Positions 25,280-37,293 are shown, counted from the whole stretch's first letter. The stretch: DNA of 63,840 nucleotides, filler included, from Octopus bimaculoides (GCF_001194135.2; 7 parts of 6 records of this genome joined end to end with filler, not necessarily neighbours in it), one strand, 5' to 3'. Made by a program: numbers and translations. Notes: generated by a model not told the origin, from the sequence alone.

Positions 25280-26169
25280 CCTGTTATATTAAACCTCTGG
25301 AGAACGTCACTTTTCAGACGATATCTATTTGCAACACATCCACACGTGATTTAGTGACATAGACGAATTTTAAGACACCAGTGTTTAGATATGACTGCGA
25401 TTCTTCAGCTAAAGCTACCCTCAAATCTCTGAAGTTAGACAAAAATGGTCGACTTGTTTATAGAATTCAGCAAACAAATTATTTGCTGATGTCTGCCAAG
25501 TCGATATTAAGAATGAACGTATACATCATTGTTTTGTTTGTTGCTATTTTACATGCCCATATTGATTCAATATATTTTTATTTAACCTTTTTGATATATA
25601 TGCACACTCTTCATCTGGTGAACTAAATTTGAATGAATTTAGTCCTGGTCACTTTTTTTTTTTTGTTAGTGTTATTGGAATGATAAAGTATCAGAAGATT
25701 TATATCATTTTATTCATATTTCTTAAATCTCTTATATCTTTACAACAGTATCTGAATAATCATGAGAAACCATAGCAACAGAAGCAGTCCAGATGCTGCA
25801 AAAACCAAACTAGTTGAAGGCATCAGAGCAAGATAAGAATTTAAAACTTATGGCTAAAATATTTAACAGGAATATATAAGGTATCTGTGTAGATGTTTCA
25901 TGATATACTGACAGAGCTAGCGTAAACACCTGACTCATGCATTTCTTTATGCAGTTGAAAACGTGCTGGATTCCAGTCTTAGGCATCCATCAGAAGTAAT
26001 CAGCAGTAAAAATAATAATGATGATGATGACGATGATGATGATGATGATGACGATGATGATGATGATGATCATCATCATCATCATCATCATGACGACGAC
26101 GACGACGACAACAACAACAACAACAACAACAATAAGTGACTTACATGGTTTCTGACCTTAATTTATTGG

Positions 26170-26878
26170 AAGTGTTATGTGCGTGTTTTGTCTTGGTATA
26201 AAAGATGAGCTACAGCAAATACTCTGCTTAATAGCACAGATTTGCGTTTCAGTTATTTGACTTCAACTAGTTGAGCATGTTCCTTGGCGACTGCCGATAT
26301 GTGCATCTCTGATCACGGACAGAAGTAGTGGGGGATCATCATAGCCATGTTCTTTGGGGTTTTAATAATTCACCTCTGGAAACATGGGTGCTTTGTTCAT
26401 CATCCTTAAAACAAACCTTATTCACATTATTTACATTATTCACATTTGACGGATATTTCTCCTCATCTTATTTGTTAACACAACGTTTCAGTTGATATAC
26501 CCTCCAGCCTTCATCGGGTGTCATGGCGAAATAAAAGATGGGCTACAGCAAATATTCTGCTCAATACCACAGATTTGCTTGTCAGTTGCTTGATCTTAAC
26601 CACTTGAGCATGTCCCTTAGTGGCTGACGATATGTGCATCTCTGATCACGAGCAGAAGTATTGGGGGAGCATCATAGCCATGTGTTGAGAGGAATTATTT
26701 GGGGTTTGGATAATCTACCTTTGGAAACATGGGTATTTCGTTCGACATCCTCAAACAACCTTTATTCCAAAACCTTTTGAGCGGGCTGGGCTACTCGACC
26801 TGAAGAAAATTCTAACTGGGCTCCACCTGCAAAGTCATGCGCTGTTTATCTTTATATGAGACCACTATGTTGCGCACA
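26170..26878. repeat. Two diverged tandem copies of an unclassified interspersed repeat (26170-26420, 26531-26878)
   Basis: ATAAAAGATG[A/G]GCTACAGCAAATA...GATATGTGCATCTCTGATCACG...GGAAACATGGGT duplicated. Confidence 0.75.
26423..26530 (-). mobile_element. Hammerhead-SINE tail relic with degenerate hammerhead (26477-26522)
   Basis: Minus strand GACAC-CCGAUGA-A-GGCUG..CAACU-GAAA-CGUU-GUGUU. Homologous to 36768-36813 but with core (U4 to C) and stem II substitutions. Confidence 0.8.
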
Positions 26879-27506
26879 CTCTCCTTCCCTCTCTCGCTGT
26901 TTTTGTCTCTCAACAACACCAACCACTCATTGTAATGAATATATATATCTGTATGTGTGTATGTATGTATGTATGTATGTATGTATGTACTGTGTATCAC
27001 ACAAGTATTACTTGGGCTACGGATGACAGATCAAAGATATATACAACACAAGACTGAGCGTCAATTTTATACCACCGCTTTTTTAAAATCATCGCTACTA
27101 TTGATCATACACATTGCTTATTTCAACGGGATATTTTTTAAGGTCGTGAGCCAATGTAACCTCATTGTAATTAGGTTACTTGCTGGTCCCTCTCTCTCTT
27201 ACTCTCTCTCCCCCTCTCCCCTCTCCCCCTCTCTCTCTGTATTTCCCTCTCTCCCCCCTTCTCTCTCTCTTTTATTATTTTAGTATAGATTACTGTATAT
27301 AGTGGAAATACAAACTAAATTCTTCAAAACCATGATTATTTTTAATCTGCTCAATCTTCTATTGGTGGTATGTGCATGCTAGACGCAAGGAAGATTTTTC
27401 GGTAGGTTTTTTTTTTGTTTTTTGTTTTTTTTTTTTGAAAAACTGCGTCCAGTAGCTATCTCTAGTATTTTATTAGTTTCTCGCGGCGTCTTATTAAAGC
27501 CCTAGG

Positions 27507-29270
27507 ATGCCATCCAAATGGCCTACACCTGCTAAGGCAGTGAACCTAAGCATCAGAAAAAGGTTATGAAGCTCCATGAGAAGGCACAACTGTTGGATAT
27601 GTTCCATGAAGGTAAAAGTTATGCTGCAGTAGGTCGCTATTATGTTGTCAACAAAAGCACTATATGCTGCATAAAGAAGAATGAGGTGGCAGTCAGGACT
27701 ATCATTGCAGTGAGTTTCTGTGAAAGTGCCAAAAAGATAACGATATTGAGAAATAAGCATTTCGTCAGGATGGAATCTGTCTTGGCATTAAGGATCAGTG
27801 ACTGCAAGAAGAAAAACATCCCCTTGAGTGGTAACATCATTTTAATGAAAGCGTGGAGATTATATCAGTTGTTCGACAGAGGAGACAGAGCAGAAGGCAC
27901 CGAAGAACCACAACCAAGACCATTGACAGCACCGGAGCCCAAAGATCTTCAAACCAGCAAGGGATGGTTTGACCATTTCCAGAAATGGTTTAAAATAAAG
28001 TGTGTTTCCCTGAATTAAGAGACAGCATCAGCCGACAAAAAAGCCGCTAAGAAGTACCTCAAGACCTTCAGGCAGATTGTAGACAACAAGGGTTTTCAAT
28101 ATGGACAGGCTTTCAATATGGATGTGAATGGCTTGTTCTGGAAGAAGATACCCTCCAGAATGTACATCATGAAAGACGAAGCCAGAGCCACAGGATTTAA
28201 GGCACAGAAGGACAGGATGATGCTAATTATGTGTGGCAATGCTGCTGGTTCCATGATGAAACCAGGACTTATCTACAAGTCTGCAAACCTGAAGGCCTTC
28301 AAAAGTAAGAATAAAAACCTGCTGTCTATCCACTAGGTGCACAACCCCAAGGCCTGGATTACCAAAAGTCTAACTTTGAATTGGTTCCACCAACGCTTCA
28401 TCTCTCAAGCAAAGAAATACCTCCAAAAGTTTTGCACGGAATTCAAGGTGTTGCTTGTTATGGATAACGTTGGTGGTCACTCTTTGGATTTGAATCACGA
28501 GGGAGTCCAAGTTGAGTTCCTGCTTGCCAACACCATCTCCTTCGTCCAGCTTATGGATCAAGGTATGATTCGTGTCTTCAAGGCACTTTACACTCGGAAC
28601 TCTCTAATGTGGACGCAATGGATGATTCGGACGAGAATTTCAAGTTAAAGGAATACTGGCGTAATTTCATTATCACAGTGTGCCTGTCAGTCATCCACGC
28701 TGCTCTTAAAGACATGAGAAAAGAAGCCCCCATCAGATTCTGGAAGAAGATGTGGCTAGAGTGTGTCCAGGAGTACGAGGACTTCTTACCTGAAGATACT
28801 CAGCACGAGGCTGTCAACAATGCAGTGAAACTGGCAAAAGTACTTGGTGGTGAAGGTTGTGACACCACGCAAGATGAGGTCAATGGCCTCATCGATGTTC
28901 ACTCTGAAACCCTACTGACGAGGATTTGGAGTTAGCGACGTCTGTCAGCGAAGAGGAGAAGGAAGTGCCAAATCCAGAGGAAGAGAAGGATGAGGTAGGC
29001 CTGGCAATTGAACGTCTGTCTGACCGTTTAAGGACAGCAAAGGAATCGCAAGAGAAGATAGAAGCATGGGATCCCTATATGGTTCGGTCTCTCCAATTTA
29101 AAAATACCATCGATGCTGCCATGCAGACCTATAAAACTCTCCTCACCACTATAAAGAAACGACAGCAACTTCCCATCACAATGTTCCTCGAAGCCACCAA
29201 GAAAGCCTTGCCCAAAAATACGACATCCCCTAAAATACTTGAAGAAGAGACGTCACCTGAAGAGCTTTAA
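27507..29270 (+). pseudogene. Tigger/pogo (TIGD1-like) transposase pseudogene: psq-HTH, CENP-B HTH, DDE_1
   Basis: KLHEKAQLLDM..GKSYAAVGRYY..NKSTI, SKGWFDHFQK, FNMDVNGLFWKKIPSR, KAQKDRMMLIMCGNAAG, NPKAWIT, LLVMDNVGGH, FLLANTISFVQLMDQGMIRVFKALYTR. Interrupted by stops (28016-28018, 28334-28336) and frameshifts. Confidence 0.92.
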
Positions 29271-29716
29271 ATGTTCTTTGTTGTGCAGTCATTAGCTTCA
29301 TTATTTTCGACACCATAGTCATAACTCAATACCATTCACTATTGGTGAGTAATCAGATATTTTACTTTACTTTTTATTATATTATTATTAGATANNNNNN
29401 NNNNNNNNNNNNNNNNNNNNNNNNNNNNNNNNNNNNNNNNNNNNNNNNNNNNNNNNNNNNNNNNNNNNNNNNNNNNNNNNNNNNNNNNNNNNNNNNNNNN
29501 NNNNNNNNNNNNNNNNNNNNNNNNNNNNNNNNNNNTATATATATATATATATGTATATGTATGTATATATATGTGTGTGTGCATGTAAGTATATATGCAC
29601 ATATATATACATTTATAATATCTTACGTTTTATTTTGATATTTATAGGCATTTTAAAGGACCATATCCAATATTCATGGTTTTTCACTATTCGTGGATGC
29701 TCTACAAGCATAACCC

Positions 29717-29739
29717 CTGCGAATACCAAGGGATTACTG
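29717..29739 (-). repeat. Right TIR of the Tigger element
   Basis: Minus strand CAGTAATCCCTTGGTATTCGCAG, followed by TA at 29740-29741. Confidence 0.75.
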
Positions 29740-29744
29740 TAATA

Positions 29745-30130
29745 AAACCCCAGAAGGAGACACCAAGAATGGGAATTGCAAAATCCTGTGGGATGCAATG
29801 ATTTAGTGTAATCACCTGACAAGACATCAGAAACAAGACATCGTTGTGGTGAATAAAAAATAAACAATAGAATATGCATTATAATCAACATAGCATGCCC
29901 CAGTGACAATAGGATCAATAGAAAAGAAGGAAAAATAAACTACTATGACGATTTGAAGTGGGAAGTACGAAGGCTGTGGAGTCAATGAGGAGAGTAGATG
30001 TGATATCAATAGTAATTGGTGCACTCAGCTACCAATATGGCTGAAAAAGGTTGGTGCAAGTGTGAAGACACCTACAAAAATCAGTATTGCTTGGAATTGC
30101 AAGAATTCTTCGCAGGGTTCTTGAAGCATG
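29745..30130 (+). mobile_element. R4/Dong-like RLE 3' relic
   Basis: KILWDAMI*CNHL...DIVVVNKK, IACPSDNRI, LKWEVRRLW, VIGAL, LQKSVLLGIARILRRVLEA*. Confidence 0.8.
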
Positions 30131-30239
30131 ACCAGTAAACAAGTGTCACCTTAGTCTGCTGGCTGTGGAAAGCTGACACTTTCCATCATACCCAGCAGAA
30201 TAAGATGTGAGTTTTCATCCCATAATAATGATAATAATT

Positions 30240-30545
30240 AGCAAAAACAAATAGCAAAGTATTAGGACTTAGCCATTGTGTTACAGAGACTAAGAAAGTG
30301 CAGGTAAAATGTATCCCCATAGTTATAGCTGCATTAAGAATTATCCCTAATGATTTGAACAGATGGCTAAAGGAAATAGGCATAAAACCTAGTTTAGTAC
30401 AGCTCCAGAAAACTGTATTATTAGGGACAGCTAGGATACTTAGGAAGGTTCTTGGCATCTAAGGTTACTTGTTGTAGACCAATGTTAACAATTTCTCTTT
30501 TCTAAGTTTAATCTGTTGTGTGTATATGAAATAACAGTAATAATA
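30240..30545 (+). mobile_element. R4/Dong-like RLE 3' relic (second, tandem)
   Basis: AKY*DLAI, VKCIPIVIAAL, LQKTVLLGTARILRKVLGI*. Preceded and followed by TAA-rich tracts. Confidence 0.8.
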
Positions 30546-30794
30546 TGTTTCTACCTTTCTTCCACAAACATTAGGGTTTTCAAATACATAGCATCTCACC
30601 TGTTAACGTCTATAGTTGCAAAACCTTGTTGTCCTTTGATGTTTCTGGTTGAGACTTAGGTGCAATGTGTATATATATATATATATATTAAAGTAAAGCC
30701 AAAACAATAATGATAATAATAGTAATTGTTCTAATATTGGTAGAAGACCTGAAATATGGTGGGAGGTGATTTAGTTGATTACATCAGTGGTGTT

Positions 30795-31167
30795 GGCACT
30801 CCGTCGCTTACGACATCGAGGGTTCCAGTTAATCCGATCAACGGAACAGCCTGCTCGTGAAATTAACGTGCAAGTGGCTGAGCACTCCACAGACACGTGT
30901 ACCCTTAACGTAGTTCTCGGGGATATTCAGCGTGACACAGTGTGACAAGACTGACCCTTTGAATTACAGGCACAACAGGAAGTAAGAGTGAGAGAAAGTT
31001 TTGGTGGAAGAGTTCAGCAGGGTTCGCCACCATCCCCTGCTGGAGCCTCGTGGAGCTTTTAGGTGTTTTCGCTCAATAAACACTCACAACGCCCGGTCTG
31101 GGAATCGAAACCACAATCCTATGACCGCGAGTCCGCAGCCCTAACTATTGGGCCATTGGGCCTTCAC
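30795..31167 (-). mobile_element. SINE family B inserted into a family N SINE
   Basis: Near-identical to 24901-25279. TSD GATTACATC (30777-30785/31169-31177) lies within the N-family body. Confidence 0.88.
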
Positions 31168-31665
31168 CGATTACATCGATTCCAGTGTTCAGTTAGCATT
31201 TTATTTCATTGACCTCGTAAAGGACAAAAGACAAAGTCACACTCAGGCGAATTTGAATTCAGGATGTAAAGAGCTGAAAGAAATGACACCAAGCATCTTT
31301 TCTCACACACTAGCAATTCTCTAGCTCATTGCTTCGATGATGATGACGACGACGACGACGACGATGACGATTATCCTTTCGATTATAAGCACAAGGCCTG
31401 AAATTTTGGAGGAGGGGAATAGGCGATTACATCAACCCAATGTTTCTTGTACTTATTCTCTTGTACGCATTCTCTCCTGATGACCCCATACACTTGTTGG
31501 CTTCCGGTATGCGGAGTTCTTGACTGGTAGCACTTGCATGTGCGAGTTGTTTGCAAGACATCTGTTATAAAAGTGATTTTGGCGGAATTTGAAGTCAGAA
31601 TGTAATGATGGACAAAATAATGCTAACATTTTGCTCAGCGTGCTATTGATTCTGCTATCGCCGCC

Positions 31666-31772
<107 letters not shown>

Positions 31773-31907
31773 AATAATAATAATAATAATAATAATAAAG
31801 ATGATGANNNNNNNNNNNNNNNNNNNNNNNNNNNNNNNNNNNNNNNNNNNNTTAATTAATTAANNNNNNNNNNNNNNNNNNNNNNNNNNNNNNNNNNNNN
31901 NNNNNNN

Positions 31908-31952
<45 letters not shown>

Positions 31953-32109
31953 TGTGTGTGTGTGTGTATGTGTGTGTGTTGTGTTTGCGTGCGTGTGTCT
32001 GAGTGAGTACATTATGAATATCACTGCAACTTATTTTAACTGAAATTATCTTTAGCTTATATATTTAGCTAACTTTTTCTTTTCTGTTTTTCATAATTCT
32101 ATCAAAACT

Positions 32110-32310
32110 AAGGCCGCAAGCTGGCAGAATCGTTAGCACGCTGGACGAAATGCTTAACGGTATTTCGCTCATCGCTACGTTCTGAGTTCAAATTCCGCCG
32201 AGGTCGGCTTTGCCTTTCATCCTTTCCGGATCGATAAAATAAGTGCCAGTTGAACACTGAGGTCGATGCAATCGACTCATCCCTACCTCCCCACCCCCCA
32301 AAAAAACTGC
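32110..32310 (+). mobile_element. SINE family N
   Basis: AAGGCCGCAAGCTGGCAGAATCGTTAGCAC, GAGTTCAAATTCC, GTCGGCTTTGCCTTTCATCCTTTCCGGATCGATAAAATAAGTGCCAG. Confidence 0.85.
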
Positions 32311-32458
32311 TTTTGAAATAATTATTCTATTAAAACTATTTACAATTTATCCAAACTGTTCATATCGTGTTTGCTTGTGTCACTTGCCCACCACTCATGA
32401 ATCATTAAAACGTACGTCGATGGGTCAATGTTCTTGTTTCATATATACACCATCCATT

Positions 32459-32680
32459 AAGGCGGCAAGCTGACAGAATCGGAGGCACTCCAAAACAAAA
32501 TGCTTAGCAGTATTTCTTCCGGCTCTTTACGTTCTGGTTTCAGATTTCACAGACGTCGACTTGCCTTTCGTTCTTTCAGGGTCAATAAAAATAAGCGCCA
32601 GCTGAACACTGAGGTTAGATCTAATCGACTAACTCACCACAAAAAAAAATTGTTGGCATTGTGCCAAAAATAGAAAGAAT
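32459..32680 (+). mobile_element. SINE family N
   Basis: Same architecture, more diverged. Confidence 0.75.
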
Positions 32681-33171
32681 ATATATGCCACGCATTATTC
32701 CTGTATTATACTGTTTGACGTCATGTTTTTCTTAACCAATAAGATATCGAATATTACAAGTGACTTTTTGTATTCCTTGCTTTGTTTACTGAAGGTAGAT
32801 TTATTTGTTTGTTTTAAAATTAAATCAAAACAGCTTTTCTTAACTTCCTATTTTGCAATGCTATAATTTTATAGAGAAACGTTGCATTACTTTCAAGTGT
32901 TATTGTATTACAGAATGTTACTTTCAAGTGTTTGAATGAGGCTTCGTCGAGTTGTATCGTTGACCAACGTCTGCTGAGCTTCCGTCAGGTTTCCTTCAGG
33001 ATTCCTCAATCCAGGATGTCTGACGGCATATGAAGCTTTCGTGTGGACAAAATAATTCAGTGTGCATGACTACATAGATGGTTATTTTAATTTAATGCTG
33101 CTTCAGCTGGGCGTACTTGTTTTCGTTATTCGTTGTCTTCCTCTGACATACATTGTGCTTTTAAATACAGC

Positions 33172-33561
33172 TTGTTGTTGTTGGCTCTCCGTCGCTTACG
33201 ACGTCGAGGGTTCCAGTTGATCCGATCAACGGAACAGCCTGCTCGTGAAATTAACGTGCAAGTGGCTGAGCACTCCACAGACACGTGTACCCTTAACGTA
33301 GTTTTCGGGGATAATCAGCGTGACACAGTGTGACAAGGCTGACCCTTTGAATTACAGGTACAACAGAAACAGGAAGAAAGAGTGAGAGAAAGGTGTGGTG
33401 GAAGAGTACAGCAGGGTTCGCCACCATCCCCTGCCGGAGCCTCGTGGACCTTTTAGGTGTTTTCGCTCAATAAACACTCACAACGCCCGGTCTGGGAATC
33501 GAAAACGCGATCCTATGACCGCGAGTCCTCTGCCCTAAACACTGGGCCATTGCGCCTCCAC
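33172..33561 (-). mobile_element. SINE family B, full length
   Basis: As 24901, with a (CAA)n tail. TSD TTTAAA[T/G]ACAGC (33160-33171/33562-33573). Confidence 0.9.
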
Positions 33562-33999
33562 TTTAAAGACAGCACGACCATATGAAATATGATTTCGGAC
33601 GAATACCGCAGTAACTTGCAAAGATGAAGATTTTTAATGGGTCAGGTATAATTAGTTGAATTGATTCCCACTCCCCAAATCATGACTGGTGTCGTTTAAA
33701 AAAGACAATTTTTCCATCACTACAAAAAGATCAGCATTGGAAAGATGAAAATCAAAGTTGATTACCGACGTGAATATGAGCTACTATATTCCTTTGGACA
33801 ATAGCAATGTGCAAACTGAGCATATGTCATTATATTAAAAGCTATTTCGCAATTTGGCGCTGGTAGTGTATATATGTATAAACGTATACTGCTATTTTTT
33901 GATAATTTATTAAATTCAGAACCAGTTATACGTATGTTGCTAAAGCACTCTGATGTAGCATGGTACACACAGTCGTCACTCGCGATTAAAGCCTCAACA

Positions 34000-34445
34000 A
34001 GAAATATCGTGAGATGGAACAGGTCAACTTTTGGGTCCTGGGACTGAAGGTCTCTACACCCTTAGGGGTGGAGGTGTAAGGAGTGCGTCACATAATAACT
34101 GGCCACTTCTTGGCACACTAGATCCCGTACTTTTAAAGTCCTTGTTCGACAGCATGCATGGCTTGGTAGTATCTACCATGCTTTTGGAAATTGCTTTAGG
34201 TTGGCGTGTGATCATGAGCAGTTATAATTACCATCCCGGCCCATACCATCAAGCCAGTGTAACATCTAGTGTAACATCTAGAATACGACAGCTGAAGGAA
34301 AAGAGGACTACGCCAGCACCCGGTTAATACTTATTACAGCTGGGTAGACTGGAGTAATGTTAAGTCAAATGGCTTACTCAAGGACACGACGTGCTGACCA
34401 ATCCAGGATTTGAACACATGAGCCGAACTCTCTTGGCCACGTACC
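34000..34445 (-). mobile_element. Degenerate family A-like SINE with a different long tail
   Basis: Minus strand GTTCAAATCC B box, GTGTCCTTGAGTAAGCCATTTGACTTAACATTACTCCAGTCTACCCAGCTG central domain. The 3' boundary is uncertain. Confidence 0.5.
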
Positions 34446-34654
34446 TTTAACACTCGGCCATAAGTTCAATAATTCTTAATTAGGAGTAAAAGATATTCTG
34501 ATGTGGAGTAACAGAACAAATATCAGAAGATTGATATAGAGTCATTAAATAGTTAACTAAGACTCCTAATAAAAATAAAGGGTAGTTGAAAATACACACA
34601 CGCAAATATACTCACACACGCGTGCATGCAACCACACATATAATTGATGCACAA

Positions 34655-35063
34655 TATCACATTTGCGGGGGTGATGCTTGTGGCAGGTCTTCCAGATCGC
34701 TCATTGTCTTCCAGGGAGTTCTCTCGCTTTTGAAGCGCCCGTGCCACTCGAATCGTTGTGTATGACCCATTGCCTCGTCGCCGTAAGCTTGCCAAAGCAT
34801 GTTCAATGTCTCTGAAGCAAACTTCCCAGGTTTAACGCAAAATCTCACGTTGGCTCTTTGTTTCTGTCCATGACAAAATCGCAGACTACAGCATACACGT
34901 GATCACAAAAACACAACTTTCACAACTTGCGAAGTAAACAGCGATATCACTCATCACACTGCCTCATGAAGGTCACTGCCAGTTCTCACTGCGCATGCAA
35001 CCGTGTGCTGCCATCTGTTGGCGCGCTGCAGGACTAGTCCGGGAACTTTTTGATACCACCTCG
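34655..35063 (-). mobile_element. Mariner 5' fragment (TIR + N-terminal HTH)
   Basis: TA|CGAGGTGGTATCAAAAAGTTCCCGGACT TIR. QRANVRFCVKPGKFASETLNMLWQAYGDEAM...FEWHGRFKS and SLEDNERSGRP. Confidence 0.88.
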
Positions 35064-35769
35064 TATATACCAGATGAAGACAAAAAAACTCATCTCAGCC
35101 ACGGCTGGCGAGAATACCAGATCCATATCGATCTAGTTGGGTTTGTCAGTGGCATGTACTCACAGACAACCAAATGCCAAGAGGATATCTGTTGCCTCCG
35201 CTATAGGAAAAAATGAATAAAACATTCACAAGTATTACGAATAGCCGCCCAGCTAAATAAAAAAAAAACTGTATGCTCAACTGAAGCAGCATTAAATTAA
35301 GATAACTATCTATGTAGAAGTGCATACTGAATTACTTGTCCACACGAAAGCTTCCTATGCCGCCAGACATCCTGGATTGAGAAATCCTTAAGAAACCCTA
35401 ACGGAAGCTCAGCAGACATTGATCAACGATACAACTCGACGAAGCCTCATTCAAATACTTGAAAGTAACATTTTGTTATACAATAACACTTGAAAGCATT
35501 GCAAAATAGAAAGTTAAGAGAAGCTGTTTTGATTTAATTTTCAAAACAAACAAATAAATCTACCTTCAGTAAACAAAGCAAGGAACCGAATACAAATAGT
35601 CTCTTGTAATGTTGGATATCTTATTGGTTAAGAAATGTCAAGGTAATACTGCCGACTGTAACATGATGCTGTTGCTAAAACAACATCCAACGTCATTTAC
35701 ATAAAAGACTGCCCTGGGATAAATATAAATAATATCTCTGCTCTGGAATGCATACATACATATTAGCAC

Positions 35770-36110
35770 AAGGAATATTGGTGGAACATTCCCATCAAAA
35801 CTTCTAACAAATCCAAACATAACAGGTCTGACATAGTTATTTGGAACAGAAAAGAAAAGTCACGTACAGTCATAGAAGTTAGTTTTCCTTGCAGATTTGA
35901 ACATCTCTTTCAAAATCATTGAAACCTGTGGAGAACTGCTTTGAAACCTGCTACTTTTCTAATTTGATGAATAATTTATACTTATACCAATAATCATTAG
36001 TACACTTGGTTATATTGCTAAAATTCTAAGCGATAATTTGAAAGGGCTACGATTTTAAGGCAAAGAAAGAGACAATCTAACATGAAATTTACAGATACAA
36101 TCTATGAGTG
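35770..36110 (+). mobile_element. RLE 3' relic of a distinct R4-like subfamily
   Basis: EYWWNIPIKTSNKSKHNRSDIVIWNRKEK..VIEVSFP, IPIIISTLG, LQIQSMSGTIKVCKAFL. A related end fragment TVKICKAFQKF lies at about 36905-36940. Confidence 0.7.
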
Positions 36111-36590
36111 GAACAATAAAAGTATGCAAGGCTTTCTTAATGTTCGATATGTCACAGTTATCGTCGCTTTTTATCCAAATTCCATTGATAGATCTTTTGT
36201 TTCTTTGTTAGAAATCAGCTCCCTCATTTTAGGAAAAGTGTTAAAACATACAAAAACAGTAAAAGCATATGTACATACCTCAGTAAAATGTAAGCATTAC
36301 AGACCAGATATAATGATCTGAGACAAGAGGGGAAAAATTATACACAAAAGTATATAGAAGATGTCAACATTTTATTAAAGTACAATGAAGGGGGAAACAT
36401 TTATACGGAACTAATGAGGAATTTGCAGTTGCTCCACCCGAAGTACCTGCAATTATTGAATGCATAACTAATTGCTTCGCCAGTTTTGAGAAGTTAGACT
36501 TTCCAAAAACAAGTGGATTTGGATAATTAGGAAATTACTACTCGAAGCAGTTCTATATTTAAGAGATAAGGAATTATGTTCTTTTTTTTT

Positions 36591-36667
36591 ACCCACGGGC
36601 ATATGGCGTAGTGGTTAAGAGCGCGAGCTACTAACCCCAAGATTCCGAGTTCGATTCCAGGCAGTGA

Positions 36668-36703
<36 letters not shown>

Positions 36704-36870
36704 CAACAACAACAACAACATCAAAAAATACCTTAGGAATGAGAACTCAGGTTCGAAATTTCCCCAAGACACCTGATGAAGGCTGGATGGTATATCAGCC
36801 GAAACGTTGTGTTAACAACAAACAAGATGAGGACAAATATCTGTCGAATATAAATAATGTAAATAATGTA
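36591..36870 (+). mobile_element. tRNA-headed SINE with internal (AAT/AAC)n and hammerhead-bearing tail
   Basis: A box TGGCGTAGTGG (36604-36614), B box AGTTCGATTCC (36648-36658), microsatellite at about 36673-36720, hammerhead 36768-36813, tail ending in (TAAATAATG)n. Confidence 0.85.
36768..36813 (+). ncRNA. Minimal type I hammerhead ribozyme (GUU triplet)
   Basis: GACAC-CUGAUGA-A-GGCUG-GAUGGUAUAU-CAGCC-GAAA-C-GUU-GUGUU. 5-bp stem I, 5-6-bp stem II, one extra A after A9, palindromic AACGUU stem III. Confidence 0.75.
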
Positions 36871-37029
36871 AAAAAAATGTTACTACTCGATGTCATTAAT
36901 ATAACTGTGAAAATATGCAAAGCATTCCAGAAGTTTGGGCCAGACGTATATACATTTACAAATTTATGGACAAAGAAAGACATATGCATGAATGTGTGTG
37001 TGTGTGTGTGTGTGCGTGTGTGCGTGTGA

Positions 37030-37145
37030 GCACATGGTCTAGTGGTTAGCGTGTTGGACTCACGATCACGAGAACGTGGTTTCAATTCTTAGACCAGGTG
37101 GTGCGTTGTGTTCTTGAGTAAAACACTTCATCTCAAGTTGCTCTG
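37030..37145 (+). mobile_element. SINE family A 5' part
   Basis: TGGTCTAGTGG A box, GGTTTCAATTCT B-box-like, TGTGTTCTTGAGTAAAACACTTCATCTC. Confidence 0.7.
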
Positions 37146-37197
37146 CGATCACTTCATACATATACACACACATGCATGCATACCTACATACATACAT

Positions 37198-37237
<40 letters not shown>

Positions 37238-37259
37238 CATACATACATACATACATACA

Positions 37260-37293
<34 letters not shown>

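Larger units (their letters stand above)
32715..35641. repeat. Long inverted repeat pair (32715-33110 / 35277-35641)
   Basis: For example GAATGAGGCTTCGTCGAGTTGTATCGTTGA versus TCAACGATACAACTCGACGAAGCCTCATTC. About 370 bp aligned with indels. Confidence 0.85.

Noticed and set aside
31476-31560. CTGATGA box
   Set aside because: No stem II or GAAA partner; cannot fold a hammerhead.
36591-36670. tRNA gene
   Set aside because: A/B boxes are present but there is no acceptor stem or full cloverleaf; it is a SINE head. The same applies to the other SINE heads.
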